Source of the DNA: Octopus vulgaris
Lineage: Eukaryota
Direction of reading: 5' to 3'
Assembly (NCBI GenBank): GCA_951406725.2
Contig: OX597826.1
Span: 52,948,001-53,012,000 of the forward strand
DNA length: 64,000 bases
Of the stretch, positions 12,810 through 26,419 are shown piece by piece. The notes below the pieces were generated by a model. It worked only from the letters and a program-made list of their open reading frames with translations, was not told the DNA's origin and made no database searches. Both the position numbers and the translations under genes were made by a program. How positions within the stretch are numbered: position 1 is the first letter of the stretch; every line of letters starts with the position of its first letter.

Positions 12810-15200
12810 TTCTCAATCAAACTTACCATTGGCCTTGCATATTCGAGAATCACTCTGGTTAGTAAAGTTCCATAAATGTTTTACACTCTGATTTCTTAGG
12901 ACCTTCTCTGGTTCCTCAATGCTCAGAAACCGATATTTCTTCCATAAAGGCCAGTGGAAGTGAAAGTACACTTTATCGTGATGTCTTTTACATTCTCTCT
13001 GCGCAAACATGTCACAGGTACTTACTATGTATGTCACACGTTCCACTTTCTTCCCATATAGCCTACACCTTTTTTTTTTTCATCTGAGTTACGCCTATTC
13101 TTTTTCGATTTGTGTTTAATACTTGATCCCGAGCAGCCACCAACAAAATGTTTGTCTCTTTCTTACTATCACCTTCTATCAATTATTTCCACGAAGATTT
13201 TATTTATACTTCCTTCGTTCGTCTTTCGAATTGACCTTGTAATTCCATATCCTCCTTCGTACTCAGTTTTTCAGCTAACGGACTGTAATTCTCTTTAATT
13301 TCAGTAGTCTCAGTGCGTAACCTCTGGTAACATCCCATGAAATTTCTTCTCTACCACTGGCTAAATACAACTCTAAAGACATGCATTCATTAACCATACA
13401 ATATTACACACTTATAAGTCCTCGTCCTCCTATGTTCCGCAATGTATTTAGCCATATAACAGTTACCCCTGGATGCAATGTGATATTATCAACCACTTTT
13501 TTTTTGCATTAACTTATTCAATTTTTCTATTTCTTCTTTGCTCCCAATCAAATTATCCGCGCTATATCTAATAAGCGGCACGATCCAGACTTTGATAGCA
13601 GTAATCAAGTTCTTCCCATTCAATTTCGTTTTCAATAGCTCTTATAATTTGTTTTGATGAATTTCCTTCAAATTTCGTTTCATCTTCTCATTTACAAATT
13701 TTCCAGTTCTAAAATGCCCAGATATTTGTACCCTCTATTCTCGAGTCAACAATCCCTCTACGACATAAATGCCTGCCTCTCGTCATAGTTAGGGTGGTGC
13801 ACATTGAAATACTAAATTTCATCTTAGTTTCTTTATAATGCCAATATAGAGTTCTGACCTGTTATTGAACCTGTGAATCCTTCCTGCCAAAGGGCTTAAG
13901 AACACCCACCAAAAAATAGTTGATTAAACTTAGGTCTTCTGTTTTCAATCTAATAGTTAAGATCATTGATAATGGAACCATTTTGATCACAAAGGGCAAT
14001 GGTGATAATGAATCTCCTGGAAAATTACCTTTTCTTATAAGGACTATACTTGGGTGCTTATTCTCTACACACAGGTTTGCCTTCCACCGAGGTAAGCTAA
14101 ATCTGATTGCCTTAGCACAATCTCCTATTCTATACATTCTCAAACATTTTGGTATACTCGAATGTGGGTCCATGTCGAAGGCTTTCTTAAAGTCTATCCA
14201 AGAAATGCATACATATCTTAGCTATCTCTTGCAATCGTTCATGATTGATTTGTCCTTAGCAAGATGGTTCTTGGTTCCTTGTGAATATTTTCTTCATTCC
14301 TTTTACTCGACAAGTAACATTTCATTTTGGAGTAAGCGGTCATGCACTTTTGAACGAATGATTCCATAACAAATTCAAGCATGCAATGGCAGTAATTTCT
14401 AACGAACGGACCTTTTATATTTTATCCAACATTATCAAAGATGCCTACTCTTCAACCATGCAGCATGGAACCTCCCCGTGTCCTACGCAATTATTTAGGT
14501 GCTTCCCTAGTCTTGACCACTTTTGACCCTTTTTAATTAGAATCATCGTATCCCATCCTATCAAGGTACTTTCCTAACTTGCTTTTGGACGTCTTCTTTC
14601 CTATCTCTATGTTGGTACATTAGATAACTTACCCTTATCTTCATTTGTCCACCTTACATCTTTGTTATTCTCTTTTGCAACTCCCCAAAATTTGAGCAAA
14701 ATTGTGTGTATTCTTCAGTATTTGGTGTAGCATCTGTACCATGTTCCGTAACAAAGTTCTAAAGAACGTCTAATTTGCAAATAGAACAGTCTGCTTTTGT
14801 CTACTTCTATAGCACCTAACCCGATTTGATTTTGCCTTCATTCGCTGTTTCACTTCGAACCTTTTAACTTTATTCTGTACTTCATGTCCATGCGACGTTC
14901 CTTCTCTACTTAGGATTTTCTCCTTTTCCTCTATGCCAGGAATCCGTTTTTGTCTAGGTATCTTCTGAGCTGAATGATATCACATTCCAATCTTATTTTC
15001 CACCGGAGTACCTTATATATATATATCTTCCTTTCTATTTGCTTGATAGCTAATCGTTTACCAACTCAAAGCTCTGCAGCGCCAATTAACTTTCTCAAGT
15101 AGGCGATATCATGACTTATCTCTATACTTCGAAGATCCAGAAGTGCTTTGTTGAAATTCAGAATCATGAAACAGATTATTCTGGCTTTTGATTTTTTTTA
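12810..15200 (-). mobile_element. Highly degenerate R4/Dong-like LINE (RT, CCHC, RLE)
   Basis: WIDFKKAFDMDPHS, GNFPGDSLSPLPF, YKYLGILEL, CRLYGKKVERVTYIVSTC..RHHDKV. Confidence 0.75.
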
Positions 15201-15307
15201 TCTCTCCCTTGAAATTGTTTTCAAAGGTTTCAACGCTTTTCCCATGCTGAATCACCCATTCACCCCACCACCGTTTTTTTTTTGCAAGGATATGACCCTT
15301 GATTGCT

Positions 15308-15309
15308 AC

Positions 15310-15389
<80 letters not shown>

Positions 15390-15450
15390 TCTGCTGCTGT
15401 TGTTGCTGCTGCTATTGTTGCTGCTGCTGTTGTTGCTGCTGCTGCTGCAG

Positions 15451-15503
<53 letters not shown>

Positions 15504-15562
15504 GCTGCTGTTGCTACTGCTGCTACTGTTGCTGCTGTTATTGCTGCTGCTGCTGCTGCAGC

Positions 15563-15595
<33 letters not shown>

Positions 15596-15642
15596 TACTC
15601 AGCTGCTGCTACTACTACTACTACTGCTACTGCTGCTGCTAT

Positions 15643-15738
<96 letters not shown>

Positions 15739-15740
15739 TA
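15308..15740. repeat. Compound trinucleotide microsatellite (CTA/CTG/TTG/ATA)
   Basis: Read directly. Confidence 0.95.
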
Positions 15741-15824
15741 ATTTTATGTTCTTTATTAAATGTTATATGAACACTATCTTTCTCTCTTATCTCTATCTAT
15801 CTATAGACAGATACATACATACAC

Positions 15825-15878
<54 letters not shown>

Positions 15879-15908
15879 GCGAGAAAAAAGCAACAAGAAT
15901 GGATAGGT

Positions 15909-15999
15909 TTTTAGTACAATCGTTTCATACAAGGACAGGCTTTATTAAAAGTTGCAAAAATTGCAGCATATAAACGTGTCCCGTACTCATCAGCTAAAA
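15909..15999 (-). ncRNA. Type I hammerhead ribozyme with long stem II (left arm copy)
   Basis: Reverse complement of 18665-18755. Confidence 0.8.
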
Positions 16000-17454
16000 T
16001 ACATGTGAGTTCTCTAGACATCCTAGTGGTTGAGGCTATACTCATGAAGTAATGTAGATAATTAAGTAACATAAACAGATTTCCAAAGTTCATTAAAGTT
16101 CTTTAAAGATGATGTACAGTCTTATCACAGAATTTTAAAAAAGTTTTAATAGCATCACAGAGAAGGTGACTTAATCCATAGTGTACATATGAATTTCCAG
16201 AGATATGAGGAGGGATTACATACTCACAGACGACAAATTTATCCATTGCTAATCACAACGAGGTGGGTTTCAATTCCTGCTTATTAGCATTACAGAGAGG
16301 ATGAATTAATCCTTTGTATAGATGCACAATTTCCAATGGTGTAGATGTAAATTTCCAGAGAAATGAAGAGGAATTTCATATTCACAGGCGATAAATTTAT
16401 CAATGGTTGAACACAATGAGGTGGGTATCAATTCTTGCTATATGATTAGGTATTTGCCACATTAATCACATTACTGCTATTTTCAAGAGACTGTAGCTAT
16501 TTAACTTATAAAGGCTGAAGGGCTTTCTGGAGAGGCAAAGAACAGAAAAGGGAAGGAAAGAGAGAAAATAAGGGGGAGGGAGCAAAAGGGGGGGCTAGAA
16601 GGGAAGAGAAAAGGAAAAAGAAAAAAAGAAAAAGAGAATAAGAAGAAGAAAAAAAAGAGAAAAGAGAAAGAAATAGGTAAAGAAGGGAAAAAAAGAAAAA
16701 GAAAAAAGAGGGTTCTAGTTATACAGAAGAATTAGTAGACGGCAAGTCTGGTTTTAATTTACAGGCATCTAGGAACTAGAGGAGAATATTATTCTTTGAC
16801 CAGTAAAACAGCTAATTTATTGCTGTCGAAAGCAGCTATGAATTTAAAGAGAATCTAAAGAGATAACATGGTCAGGGGTTTAGGGGTTTAGTGGTCAAAG
16901 GCTAAAATCAAAAGAAAATACATTAGGAAAATCTAAGTATAATCTTATCAAAAAGTCATTAAAATTTATTTATTTATTTTATTCATTTTACTGTCTTAAG
17001 GAGTTGCCGTTATTATTCATACATTGACGGACTACAGGTCAAATCTTAGAAGATCATTTACAAGGTGTTAGGGAATTGTCTATCATAATGAAGATAATCA
17101 TATTATAACCGAGGGAGTAGCCTTATTTATTTAATTTTGAAATAGAATTATGGGGCTTTAGTAACTCATTTTATTTTATTAAAGTTATGCTACTTAAATT
17201 AGATTAAGTTAAGAATTAAAATTAAAAATTAAAATTAAGATTTAAAAATTTAAAATTATGAGTTTGAAATTAAATAAAGCCTCAATTAAGCAGCGTATAA
17301 GTACTATTCATTTCCCTGTTCTCAAAAAAACTGATGCAGATATAAGGAAAAAGATAACTGTAGTGTGAGAACTCTTAGTTATCTACTTAAAGCAGTGCTA
17401 TACTAGTAAAAATCAAGTTATATCTATCTATCTATCTAGTTACGACTATTCTAA

Positions 17455-17880
17455 TCATTTAAAATATTTTAAAGTCTTCAATTTAGCGTGGACACAAACT
17501 TGACCTAGTTCGATATGGTTATTCAATAAGTTTCTATGTTTTCTATGCTTTAGAATTTCATACGTCTCCATGGAGCATAGTTGGCAACCAACCCTGCTAT
17601 TTTTATACGGAATTGCTCTCCTAACTATTTCCCAATTAAGGTTGTAATTATTATTATTATTTTTGAGTTCCCAGATTTTGTTTGAAAGTGTGGTGGTACC
17701 AGCTTTATGACGTAATTTAAAAGACGAGATGTGATTTCTAACTCTGGCTAGAAAATTAATTGTACATCCAATGTAAAAATATTTGTTATTCTCCGTGGAT
17801 ATGGTACATTTATAGATTACATTATTTTCCCCGCATAGACCAGGTGCCGGGCATTTTGATTTTATTCTACACTTACACAC
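17455..17880 (-). CDS. GIY-YIG endonuclease C-terminal portion of a PLE ORF (open frame, 5'-truncated, Neptune-like)
   Basis: CKCRIKSKCP..C..NNVIYKC..YIGCT..RVRNH..TTLSNKIW..NWEIV..CQLCSMETYEI..LLN..CVH. Confidence 0.8.
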   Translation of the reverse strand: MCKCRIKSKCPAPGLCGENNVIYKCTISTENNKYFYIGCTINFLARVRNHISSFKLRHKAGTTTLSNKIWELKNNNNNYNLNWEIVRRAIPYKNSRVGCQLCSMETYEILKHRKHRNLLNNHIELGQVCVHAKLKTLKYFK

Positions 17881-18664
17881 AGGAGGAACAACTTCAGGTT
17901 TTGGATTATTCTTGGGTAGATGTCTTAGGTTCCTATTATTTTGATTATCATGAGTATAATTGTCCTTATTGTTATTAATATTTCTATAGTTGGTGCTGAT
18001 ATCTAAAGTATTGCTATTACTATTAAAGTATTGCTATTACTACTAAACAGAAGGATCAATAAATAATAGCCCCCCCCTTTGCTCCCTCCCCCTTATTTTC
18101 TCTCTTTCCTTCCCTTTTCTGTTCTTTGCCTCTCCAGAAAGCCCTTCAGCCTTTATAAGTTAAATAGCTACAGTCTCTTGAAAATAGCAGTAATGTGATT
18201 AATGTGGCAAATACCTAATCATATAGCAAGAATTGATACCCACCTCATTGTGTTCAACCATTGATAAATTTATCGCCTGTGAATATGAAATTCCTCTTCA
18301 TTTCTCTGGAAATTTACATCTACACCATTGGAAATTGTGCATCTATACAAAGGATTAATTCACCCTCTCTGTAATGCTAATAAGCAGGAATTGAAACCCA
18401 CCTCGTTGTGATTAGCAATGGATAAATTTGTCGTCTGTGAGTATGTAATCCCTCCTCATATCTCTGGAAATTCATATGTACACTATGGATTAAGTCACCT
18501 TCTCTGTGATGCTATTAAAACTTTTTTAAAATTCTGTGATAAGACTGTACATCATCTTTAAAGAACTTTAATGAACTTTGGAAATCTGTTTATGTTACTT
18601 AATTATCTACATTACTTCATGAGTATAGCCTCAACCACTAGGATGTCTAGAGAACTCACATGTA

Positions 18665-18755
18665 TTTTAGCTGATGAGTACGGGACACGTTTATATGCTG
18701 CAATTTTTGCAACTTTTAATAAAGCCTGTCCTTGTATGAAACGATTGTACTAAAA
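18665..18755 (+). ncRNA. Type I hammerhead ribozyme with long stem II (right arm copy)
   Basis: Stem I uuuuag/cuaaaa; CUGAUGA 18671-18677; stem II guacgggaca..uguccuuguau (~60 nt); GAAA 18738-18741; minimal stem III c-gauu-g; GUA cleavage triplet. Confidence 0.8.
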
Positions 18756-18899
18756 ACCTATCCATTCCTGTTTGCTCTTTACTCGCTTATAATCACCCCA
18801 CATTACTGTATTGTTAAAACCGTATAGTTTGTTTTGGTGCATCTAAGTTAGGTACCATATTCAAGTAAATTCATTTAAATTAACTTGAATCTTTATTGC

Positions 18900-18937
<38 letters not shown>

Positions 18938-19825
18938 TGCGTGTGTGTGTGTGTGCGTGTGTGAGTGTGTAGGTATATATGTATGTATTGGAATGACAAA
19001 AGAAAGATCTGATGAAGCTATGTGGGGTGATGCTCAAGCACTCAACTACGAGTGCATTGCACCTTAGAGCAGAAACAGCAGTAATTTTTTATTACCTCTC
19101 TGTATTCGACTGACCTTTCGTACTGAAGCATTTGCATATTGAGTTCTAACAGCAATTTATTAGCATCGCAATTAATTTTATGCTGTTTATTAAATATTCA
19201 TGTCGTTAATTATTTTTACGTACGATATAATTCAAGACATTAAGTTCAATGCCATGTGATGTTAACTCCTGTTTTTGCTCATGCATTTCAAACGACTCAT
19301 TATGGTGTATATTGTTAATCTATCATTGCTATATGACGCTTGCTGTGCCTAACATTAATCAAAGTTAATTTAGCTAATTTAGTATCTACTGCAGTTTCGT
19401 TTTATTTTTTTGTTACTATTGTACTTGTTGCTATTGTAATTGTTATATCCGTTGTTTAGCCTCATATATGTTTTGACTGAACAGAGCTATGATCAAATAT
19501 ATTCAAGTCATTACCATGTCAACTGATTTTCAAAAACTGTGTAATCCAGATTCAATAGATTAATGATGTCCTTTTCCAGAATACAGTTTGATGACGATTT
19601 GGTCTTTATTTCTTGCTTGTAGAAAGATCACGTAGTGTCTGAAACATGTCAGTAAGGAAGTAAGTATTAACACCCTTAAAACGCTCATTCATCAAGCCTA
19701 CTACTGTATGGAAGAGGGGTAAACATTTTGCTGAACAAACTTTCATTAAACCAAAGGCAAGGCAGACAACTCAAAATGGAAGGAAATTATTTTAAAGGTT
19801 TTTTTCTTTTTATTCTACTGATTTG

Positions 19826-19864
<39 letters not shown>

Positions 19865-20699
19865 GATAATAATAATAATAGGGAATATTATTCCAAACTT
19901 ACAGGGAAAAATTCAATTTAGAAATACTAAATAAAATTTCACAAAATATAATATATATATATAATCAAAAGATTTCCGGTATCATTACGTTTTTTTTATT
20001 TTTAAATTACGTGTGCTTTTGCATTTGTTTCGACGAGACGAAGTTTCAGTGGTTTGCTACACAGGGTTACCTGTTCATAGAATTAACATCTAAGTGATTG
20101 CGTGTTTCACAGATATTTGTACGCTACCGCCTCATTTAACATATGAATCCTTTCCTCATCAATTCTAAGAAAGTGTCTGTTGCAGAAATCAATATCATTC
20201 CTGTCGACAGACCGAAGCTTTAAAGGTATATTATTGTTGCTGATGATGTTGCTTATGTTATTTTACATTTAGAGCTATCTGGGAACGATATCTACCTATT
20301 CATAATTCCTTTCTCCCAAACTCTAAGATATATTTCGTTTTTGGATTTTGTTGGCAAGATTCTTTATATGAGTTCGTGTGATAGACACAACAGTCTAAGA
20401 TATATAATATCCTGCAATAATTATGTACTTCTCTCTGAAATACTTTAGTGTTTCGTTTGCACACATAACTGTACTGAATTTAAAATTTAACGCATTTGTT
20501 GCACAAACAGTTTCTTAACTTGGTTAACTTGCCCTGCCGGAAACATAACGATAAACTTCAAAACAGGAATATTCAATTATTAAAACTGTGAAATAACTGA
20601 AAATAAGCTTATACATTTCAATATAACTTACAATATCTGTTGATGCTCCAGGATTCTTTAATTATATTCCATACATAGATACACAGATACCCACGCTCA

Positions 20700-21121
20700 T
20701 AAATACATACATACATGCACACATGCATGTATGCATACATACATGCATACATACATATATGCATACATACATTCATACATACATGCTTGCATACATATAT
20801 ACATTCATACATACATACATACACACACACATATATATACATACATACATACATACATACATACACACACACATATATATATATACATACATACACACAT
20901 ATATATATATACATATATATATACATACACACACACACATATATATACATACACACACACACATATATACATACATACATACATACATACATACATTCAT
21001 ACATACATACATGCATACAGACATACATGCATGCATACATACATACATACATACATACATACATACATACATACATACATACATACATACATACATACAT
21101 ACATGCATACATACATACATA
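20700..21121. repeat. (TACA)n-type microsatellite
   Basis: Read directly. Confidence 0.95.
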
Positions 21122-21242
21122 TTTATATACGTTTAGAAGCGCTAAGCATTAATGTATATAAATATAAACTTATTATCAATCCAAATATGTTTGAAATATA
21201 TTCGAAACCGCAAAAAGAACACTCACTCCATTCATGGAGAAA

Positions 21243-21470
21243 TGAGCTGGCAGAATCGTTAGCACGCCGGGCGAAATGCTTACCGATATTTTTTCTGCCA
21301 TTACGTTGTGGGTTCAAATTCCACCGAGGTTGACTTTGCCTTTCATCCTTTCGGGGTCGATAAATTAAGTACCAGTTACACACTGGGGCTGATATAATCA
21401 ACTTAATCCGTTTGTCCTTGTTTGTCCTCTCTGTGTTTAGCCCCTTGTGGGTAATAAAGAAATAGGTATT
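21243..21470 (+). mobile_element. SINE (gagctggcagaatcgttagc family)
   Basis: B-box-like ggttcaaattcc, and matches 54705-54930 and 60929-61140. Confidence 0.85.
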
Positions 21471-22794
21471 GATAAAAAGATGTTAACACACGGTGGGGCC
21501 TCAGCATGACCGCAGCTGTAAAGTTGAAGCAATTTAAAGAATTAAAACACCAGGTCAATGCAAAGCTCCTTATATTTAGTTCGATGGGTGCATGCATTTC
21601 GAGGAAGATACTTTCTTATGAATATCGAACATTGGAAAGAGAGGCAACTCCGAACAAAGAATTTAGAATCCAATCAAAATACTTTTATTTGTGGCGCTAA
21701 TTGACTGCGCGGCTGTGGTAAAACAGGGATTAGAAAAGCTAATTAGTGGTTTACATAAATACATACATACATGCATGCATACATACATACATACATACAT
21801 ACATACATACATACATACATACATACATACATACATACATACATACATACACCGTCAAAAGTCCAGGAAGAAGAGACTTCCCCATTGATTCAACATTTAC
21901 AGTCAATTAATGCGGAACTTACAGATCTAGTAAACTGACTATCAATTCTCATTTGTATCTATCATCATAGATGTATTATGCTATGGATCAACAAAGTTAC
22001 ACAAAATCCTAGAAATACTAGGTTTTCGAAGAAAAGGGAAAAGAAACTAATGCCTCAAAATCCAATCTATTAGTTGCACAGTGAAGATTTGTAAGACATT
22101 CCAAAGATTCTCTATCATTCTCTAGATGAAATGATGCCTACACAGGAGGATGTGTATCAACAACTCAACAAACATAGCAACTCAGCCACAAATTTACAAA
22201 CACCAGGAGCTCTCTTAACTGAAAGTTCTTGTCGCTTTGTTAGCGACCGGTTTGGGCACTTTTATGAAGAACTTAGATAAAAATCAAAGAAAAAAATACA
22301 TACATACATACGTACATACATAAAATGAAAGAATTTCATGCCGCTTCTTTGTCGATGATTTGAAACTGGATGTCACAAATATGTATGTGATGAAATAGAG
22401 CCTTGATCGTGATTACAACATTCTCAAAGGATGGTTGTTCCTAAACGGTTGTGAAACGAGGGAATACTATAAACTAAACTCCCAGCATCTCCAGCCATGA
22501 TTCAACTGCTTCTCCTATACCTGATGAGGAATAGGGTAGATGAAAGCATAATTACGGAGGTACCTGTAGAGGAAATCAGTAGGCCAGTAAACGTCAACAT
22601 AAAGCTACAGCGATAAAAACACCTACGCTTATAGTTACTCTACTCGGATTATTCTGTGCAAGCCAACCTCGTAAAACCAGCAACGACTACCTAAACAAAC
22701 CAATGGTTCGGAGGGTGTCGCCCGAATGGTGCAAAGGTGTCATCCATCAAAAAATGGTGGATGCAACAACACGCCATTACAGCGCATACCCTCG

Positions 22795-22829
<35 letters not shown>

Positions 22830-22832
<3 letters not shown>

Positions 22833-23040
22833 GGATTACAAGTTGAGATTTATACCTGTAATTATCGAGACACTAAGAAATCTAACAAAATTCACTCAGT
22901 ACCAATCTGCAAAAATTAGTCTTCTCAAAACCAGCGAGAAGAGAGCTAATTAGAAGATTACAGACACTAAACATCAATGGAACTGTCAAAATTTGTAAAA
23001 TTTCCCTATAGTTTAGCACTTAAGTACAAATGCAAATGCA
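22830..23040 (+). mobile_element. RLE LINE 3' remnant
   Basis: DYKLRFIPVIIETL..INGTVKICK resembles an RLE C-terminus. Confidence 0.4.
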
Positions 23041-23410
23041 TAAACTTGTAACTATAAGCAGGAGAATACATATAGAAAATAAATATACAAATGTGTATTT
23101 GCACTGAATCCAAATATTACACACATATACGTTAACATGCAGAAATACCCTGTTGATGGTTTGGAAATTCCAGTGAAGAACATTTGGATCTAGGTTAGAA
23201 ACCGGCTCTGATTTCAAAGATAGGAGTTTTATAGGACTGGGTAAATCGATTACGTCGACTTTTGTACTCAGCTGATACTTATTTTATAAACACCATAAAT
23301 TCTCGATAGAATTCGAACTCAGAACGTAAGTAGATGGAAGAAATGCCGCTAAGCAGCCCGCTCCCCCCCCCTTCCCGTCAACATGAAGTAGTTCAGCTTA
23401 TTAGATATAT

Positions 23411-23590
23411 ATCAGGTCATCCCATAAGTTCTGTCCGAATTTTGAATAAAGAAAACAAGTGATAAAATGTTATATTTAAATGAAATTTAATCATCACTGT
23501 ACTTTCCCTAATTATCTATGACTTACTTCCATCCTGATCAATTCAAATCTCATATTCCGATTTTGCGAATGAGATCCATTTCCATAGTTT
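23411..23590. mobile_element. mariner-like terminal remnant
   Basis: ta-tcaggtcatcccataagttctgtccg is a mariner-type TIR after TA. Confidence 0.5.
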
Positions 23591-26419
23591 ATTTTAAGAC
23601 CGGGTTTGAAGTAGTGTCGTTGGTTCAAAGAAGTATTATTATTAACTACTCTACTATACCAATGGTTCTGTTTATTACTTTAAAGATTAGTTCAAAACAT
23701 ATTGATATTACCAAGAAGCCACGTATTTAATGTGATTTGTAAGGCATCAGTTTGATATGATCTGATATTGTGTCTACATCTGCCAATTTAAGAAATCAAT
23801 ATCTATTATGCTACTAGAAATGAATTAATGTAATTTTCTGAGAAATTAAATTAGACGAAGTTACGAAATAAATTTAGGGCATTGGTTACTTATATTAATT
23901 AATTCGAAGCCACGTAATTATATGGGAAAACTAATTTGGATTAGGTGACGTTCAACTAACTGATGTAAGACCCACCTGTAGCTAATCGAGGAGGAAGAAT
24001 ATTCATGTAAAAACCTATTACGATGTAGATATAAACTAAAAATTATTTCGAATGACTTGCATTAATTCTGCAAACAATCACAGGTGAAATATGTTTATAT
24101 TGCTATAAAATATCAGAAAGGGTCTAGGAGTTGCCTAGAACTTTACAAGATTGACTGTGTATATGCAGGACTCGGCGAGATTTTTTTGTTATAAGGAGCC
24201 TTGCGGTTGCCCATATATGCGAGTTTATTCTCTCTACATAACCAATGATTTTCCAGCAGAAAGGCTGCCACCCTGGGCCGACACGGCTTGGCAACAGTAG
24301 CAACGATGACGTTGCTGTCAGAAAGCAAAGGGCCAGAAAAAATGCGAAAAGCATCGTGGCCGTCCATTTAATAGATCCACCGTCCCGCTATCCTAGATTT
24401 GTACGTTTTGTCGATATCGAACAAATGAAAGGTAAAGTCACCGGCTCGATGAGATTTCAATTCAAAGCACAGACGATCAGATCAAATACCACAGGCCATC
24501 TTATCCAATATCCTGATGACTCAGTTCAGTCAATTTATGGAACTGAAACACAAACTCAAAAGTAAAAATAGCCAAATATGAAATAGTGGTTTTTAATTTA
24601 GGTACAAGGCCAGCAATTTTGAAGTAGAGATTAGTCATCTACATCGATCCAAGTACTAGACAGGCAATATATATATATATATATACATATATACTAAGAT
24701 TTGCTCTCAGAATATAAAGCACCGGAACAAATGCTATGAAGCACTTTTCCGATGTTCTAACGATTCTACGAGTCTGTCACCATATCAGAATGAGAAATAT
24801 TGACATCAATGAACTCAACTCATTAATTCTTAGAGGTTTTATTTACAGTTTTTTTTATGCTTTATGTGAGAGAATAATTCTAGAATTTTCCTAAAGAGAG
24901 ATAACACTTCATTTTTATGATTTGAAATTAATTTAATTCAGTATAAAGTTCGACGTCTATCTTAGTTAAGTTTTATCGCTAATGAGGCCTTTGATAGAAA
25001 TTAAATATAACCATATTTGTATCGGGAAAATTGTTAACTCATGTTAGATTCTTTCATGTTGATAGGCATGTGACCATCTACATTTATAGATGCTACTAGC
25101 AGAGATGCCCGGCGTTGCTCGTGTTACATGCAATTGAAGAATTAGACTTTTCTGTTATATTTTCTGTAATGAACTGGAATATCTATATTTCGAATTTCAT
25201 CAAACTTGCAGATGAGGGTTATTTCCCTCTTTACACACCCTAAAAGAATTGTAATCGTGCCGCGTGTATCCCATACTACTGATTTTTATGCGCATATTCC
25301 AAAATTCCAGTATTATTTAACCTGTTAAAAGGATTTTGCTCTTGCAAAATGAAGGTCATGGAGCTCTAAAATGTGAGAGTTAAAGCCCCTGTTGGGGTGG
25401 GTGTCTTAATGTTAAGCAGAGAAGTTGAATTGTTGAGAATCTTTTTAACTTGGGTCTTATATCTATTGTTTGAATTTCTTTGAAATAGGAAATATATGTT
25501 CACTGGGTTTGTAAAAGAGAGTAAAGCTACAGGAAACCAAAAGACGAATGATCACAATAAGCAGTCAGCTACCCTACCCTAGTCGTTACCACTCCTAATG
25601 AAGGATTCCTCACCATCCAGGTGACAAGCACAGCCGTAAGATGCATTACGAATCTACAGCAATTGGAAGGGCATGACCCAACTAAAATAAACATTAACAA
25701 CTGTGTGACATGAGAGCTAAGGAGAAATGAAAGTGTCACCTCTGGAGTTTGCAAATGACCACTATACTAATACGTAACTGGACAGAATAAATTTACAATG
25801 TATAAATGTCTTTGAATAACCAGTCACTCATCTGGGAAGGCCTTGAAATCAATGTTACCATTGATAACAAAAAGACTGAAAGGAGGTCTGCAATCAAATA
25901 AATTTACTGAACACTTTGCAACTGAATCAGGGGAGGCAAAGATGCCTCTCATTTACTTGACAATTTATACACGATTTTGCAGAAATCACAATGTAAGTGC
26001 ATGTCAAAGCAAACTGTTACACTGTTGTACCTTTGAATTACAAATAATGCTCATCTGTTATGCTCGGGTAACCCTACAGCTTCCAAGAGTACGACTGTAT
26101 TCGTCTTTGCTTAGATAAAATGACAAAATTGTGGGTGTTAAGTCCCCAGGAGGGGTCTTTCTAACTTGTAAAAAGAGGAAATTTTATATCATTTCATTTG
26201 TGTCAATTATCTATTTGTGTCTAATATCTATGGTTAAAATTTCATCAACAGCAAAAATATATGAATTGTCATGGGGGTTATGGCCCTTATAGATAGAATA
26301 TAATTTCCAAATTTCATAAAGATCCATTCAGTACTTTTGACCTAGTTTTGGATCTTGAAAGAAATTACTAAAATTTTGGAGTTAAGGCCCCCATTAGGGT
26401 GTTATATATATATATATTG

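Larger units (their letters stand above)
15878..18900 (-). mobile_element. 5'-truncated Penelope-like element with ~700-bp near-identical inverted terminal repeats, flanked by (TA)n
   Basis: 15899-16597 is the reverse complement of 18067-18768 (identical 60-aa pseudo-ORFs appear in the track). A GIY-YIG remnant lies between the arms. Confidence 0.9.

Noticed and set aside
15148-15973. Long ORFs of 150-224 aa (also 20618-21333, 36615-37297, 56288-56705 and others)
   Set aside because: Translations of microsatellites (poly-L/Y/T, YI, HT repeats) with no protein signal.
15911-16093. Identical 60-aa ORF occurring twice (also 18571-18753)
   Set aside because: By-product of the inverted PLE terminal repeat, overlapping the hammerhead. 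No recognisable motif.
22516-22565. ctgatga..gaaa spacing suggestive of a hammerhead
   Set aside because: Stems I and II do not pair.
24510-24560. ctgatga plus agttc/gaact hairpin plus gaaa
   Set aside because: No stem I or III, and it lies at a degenerate SINE junction. Likely chance.
25560-26120. Possible Helitron helicase remnant or captured exon
   Set aside because: No Rep or Pif1 motifs could be read in any frame.
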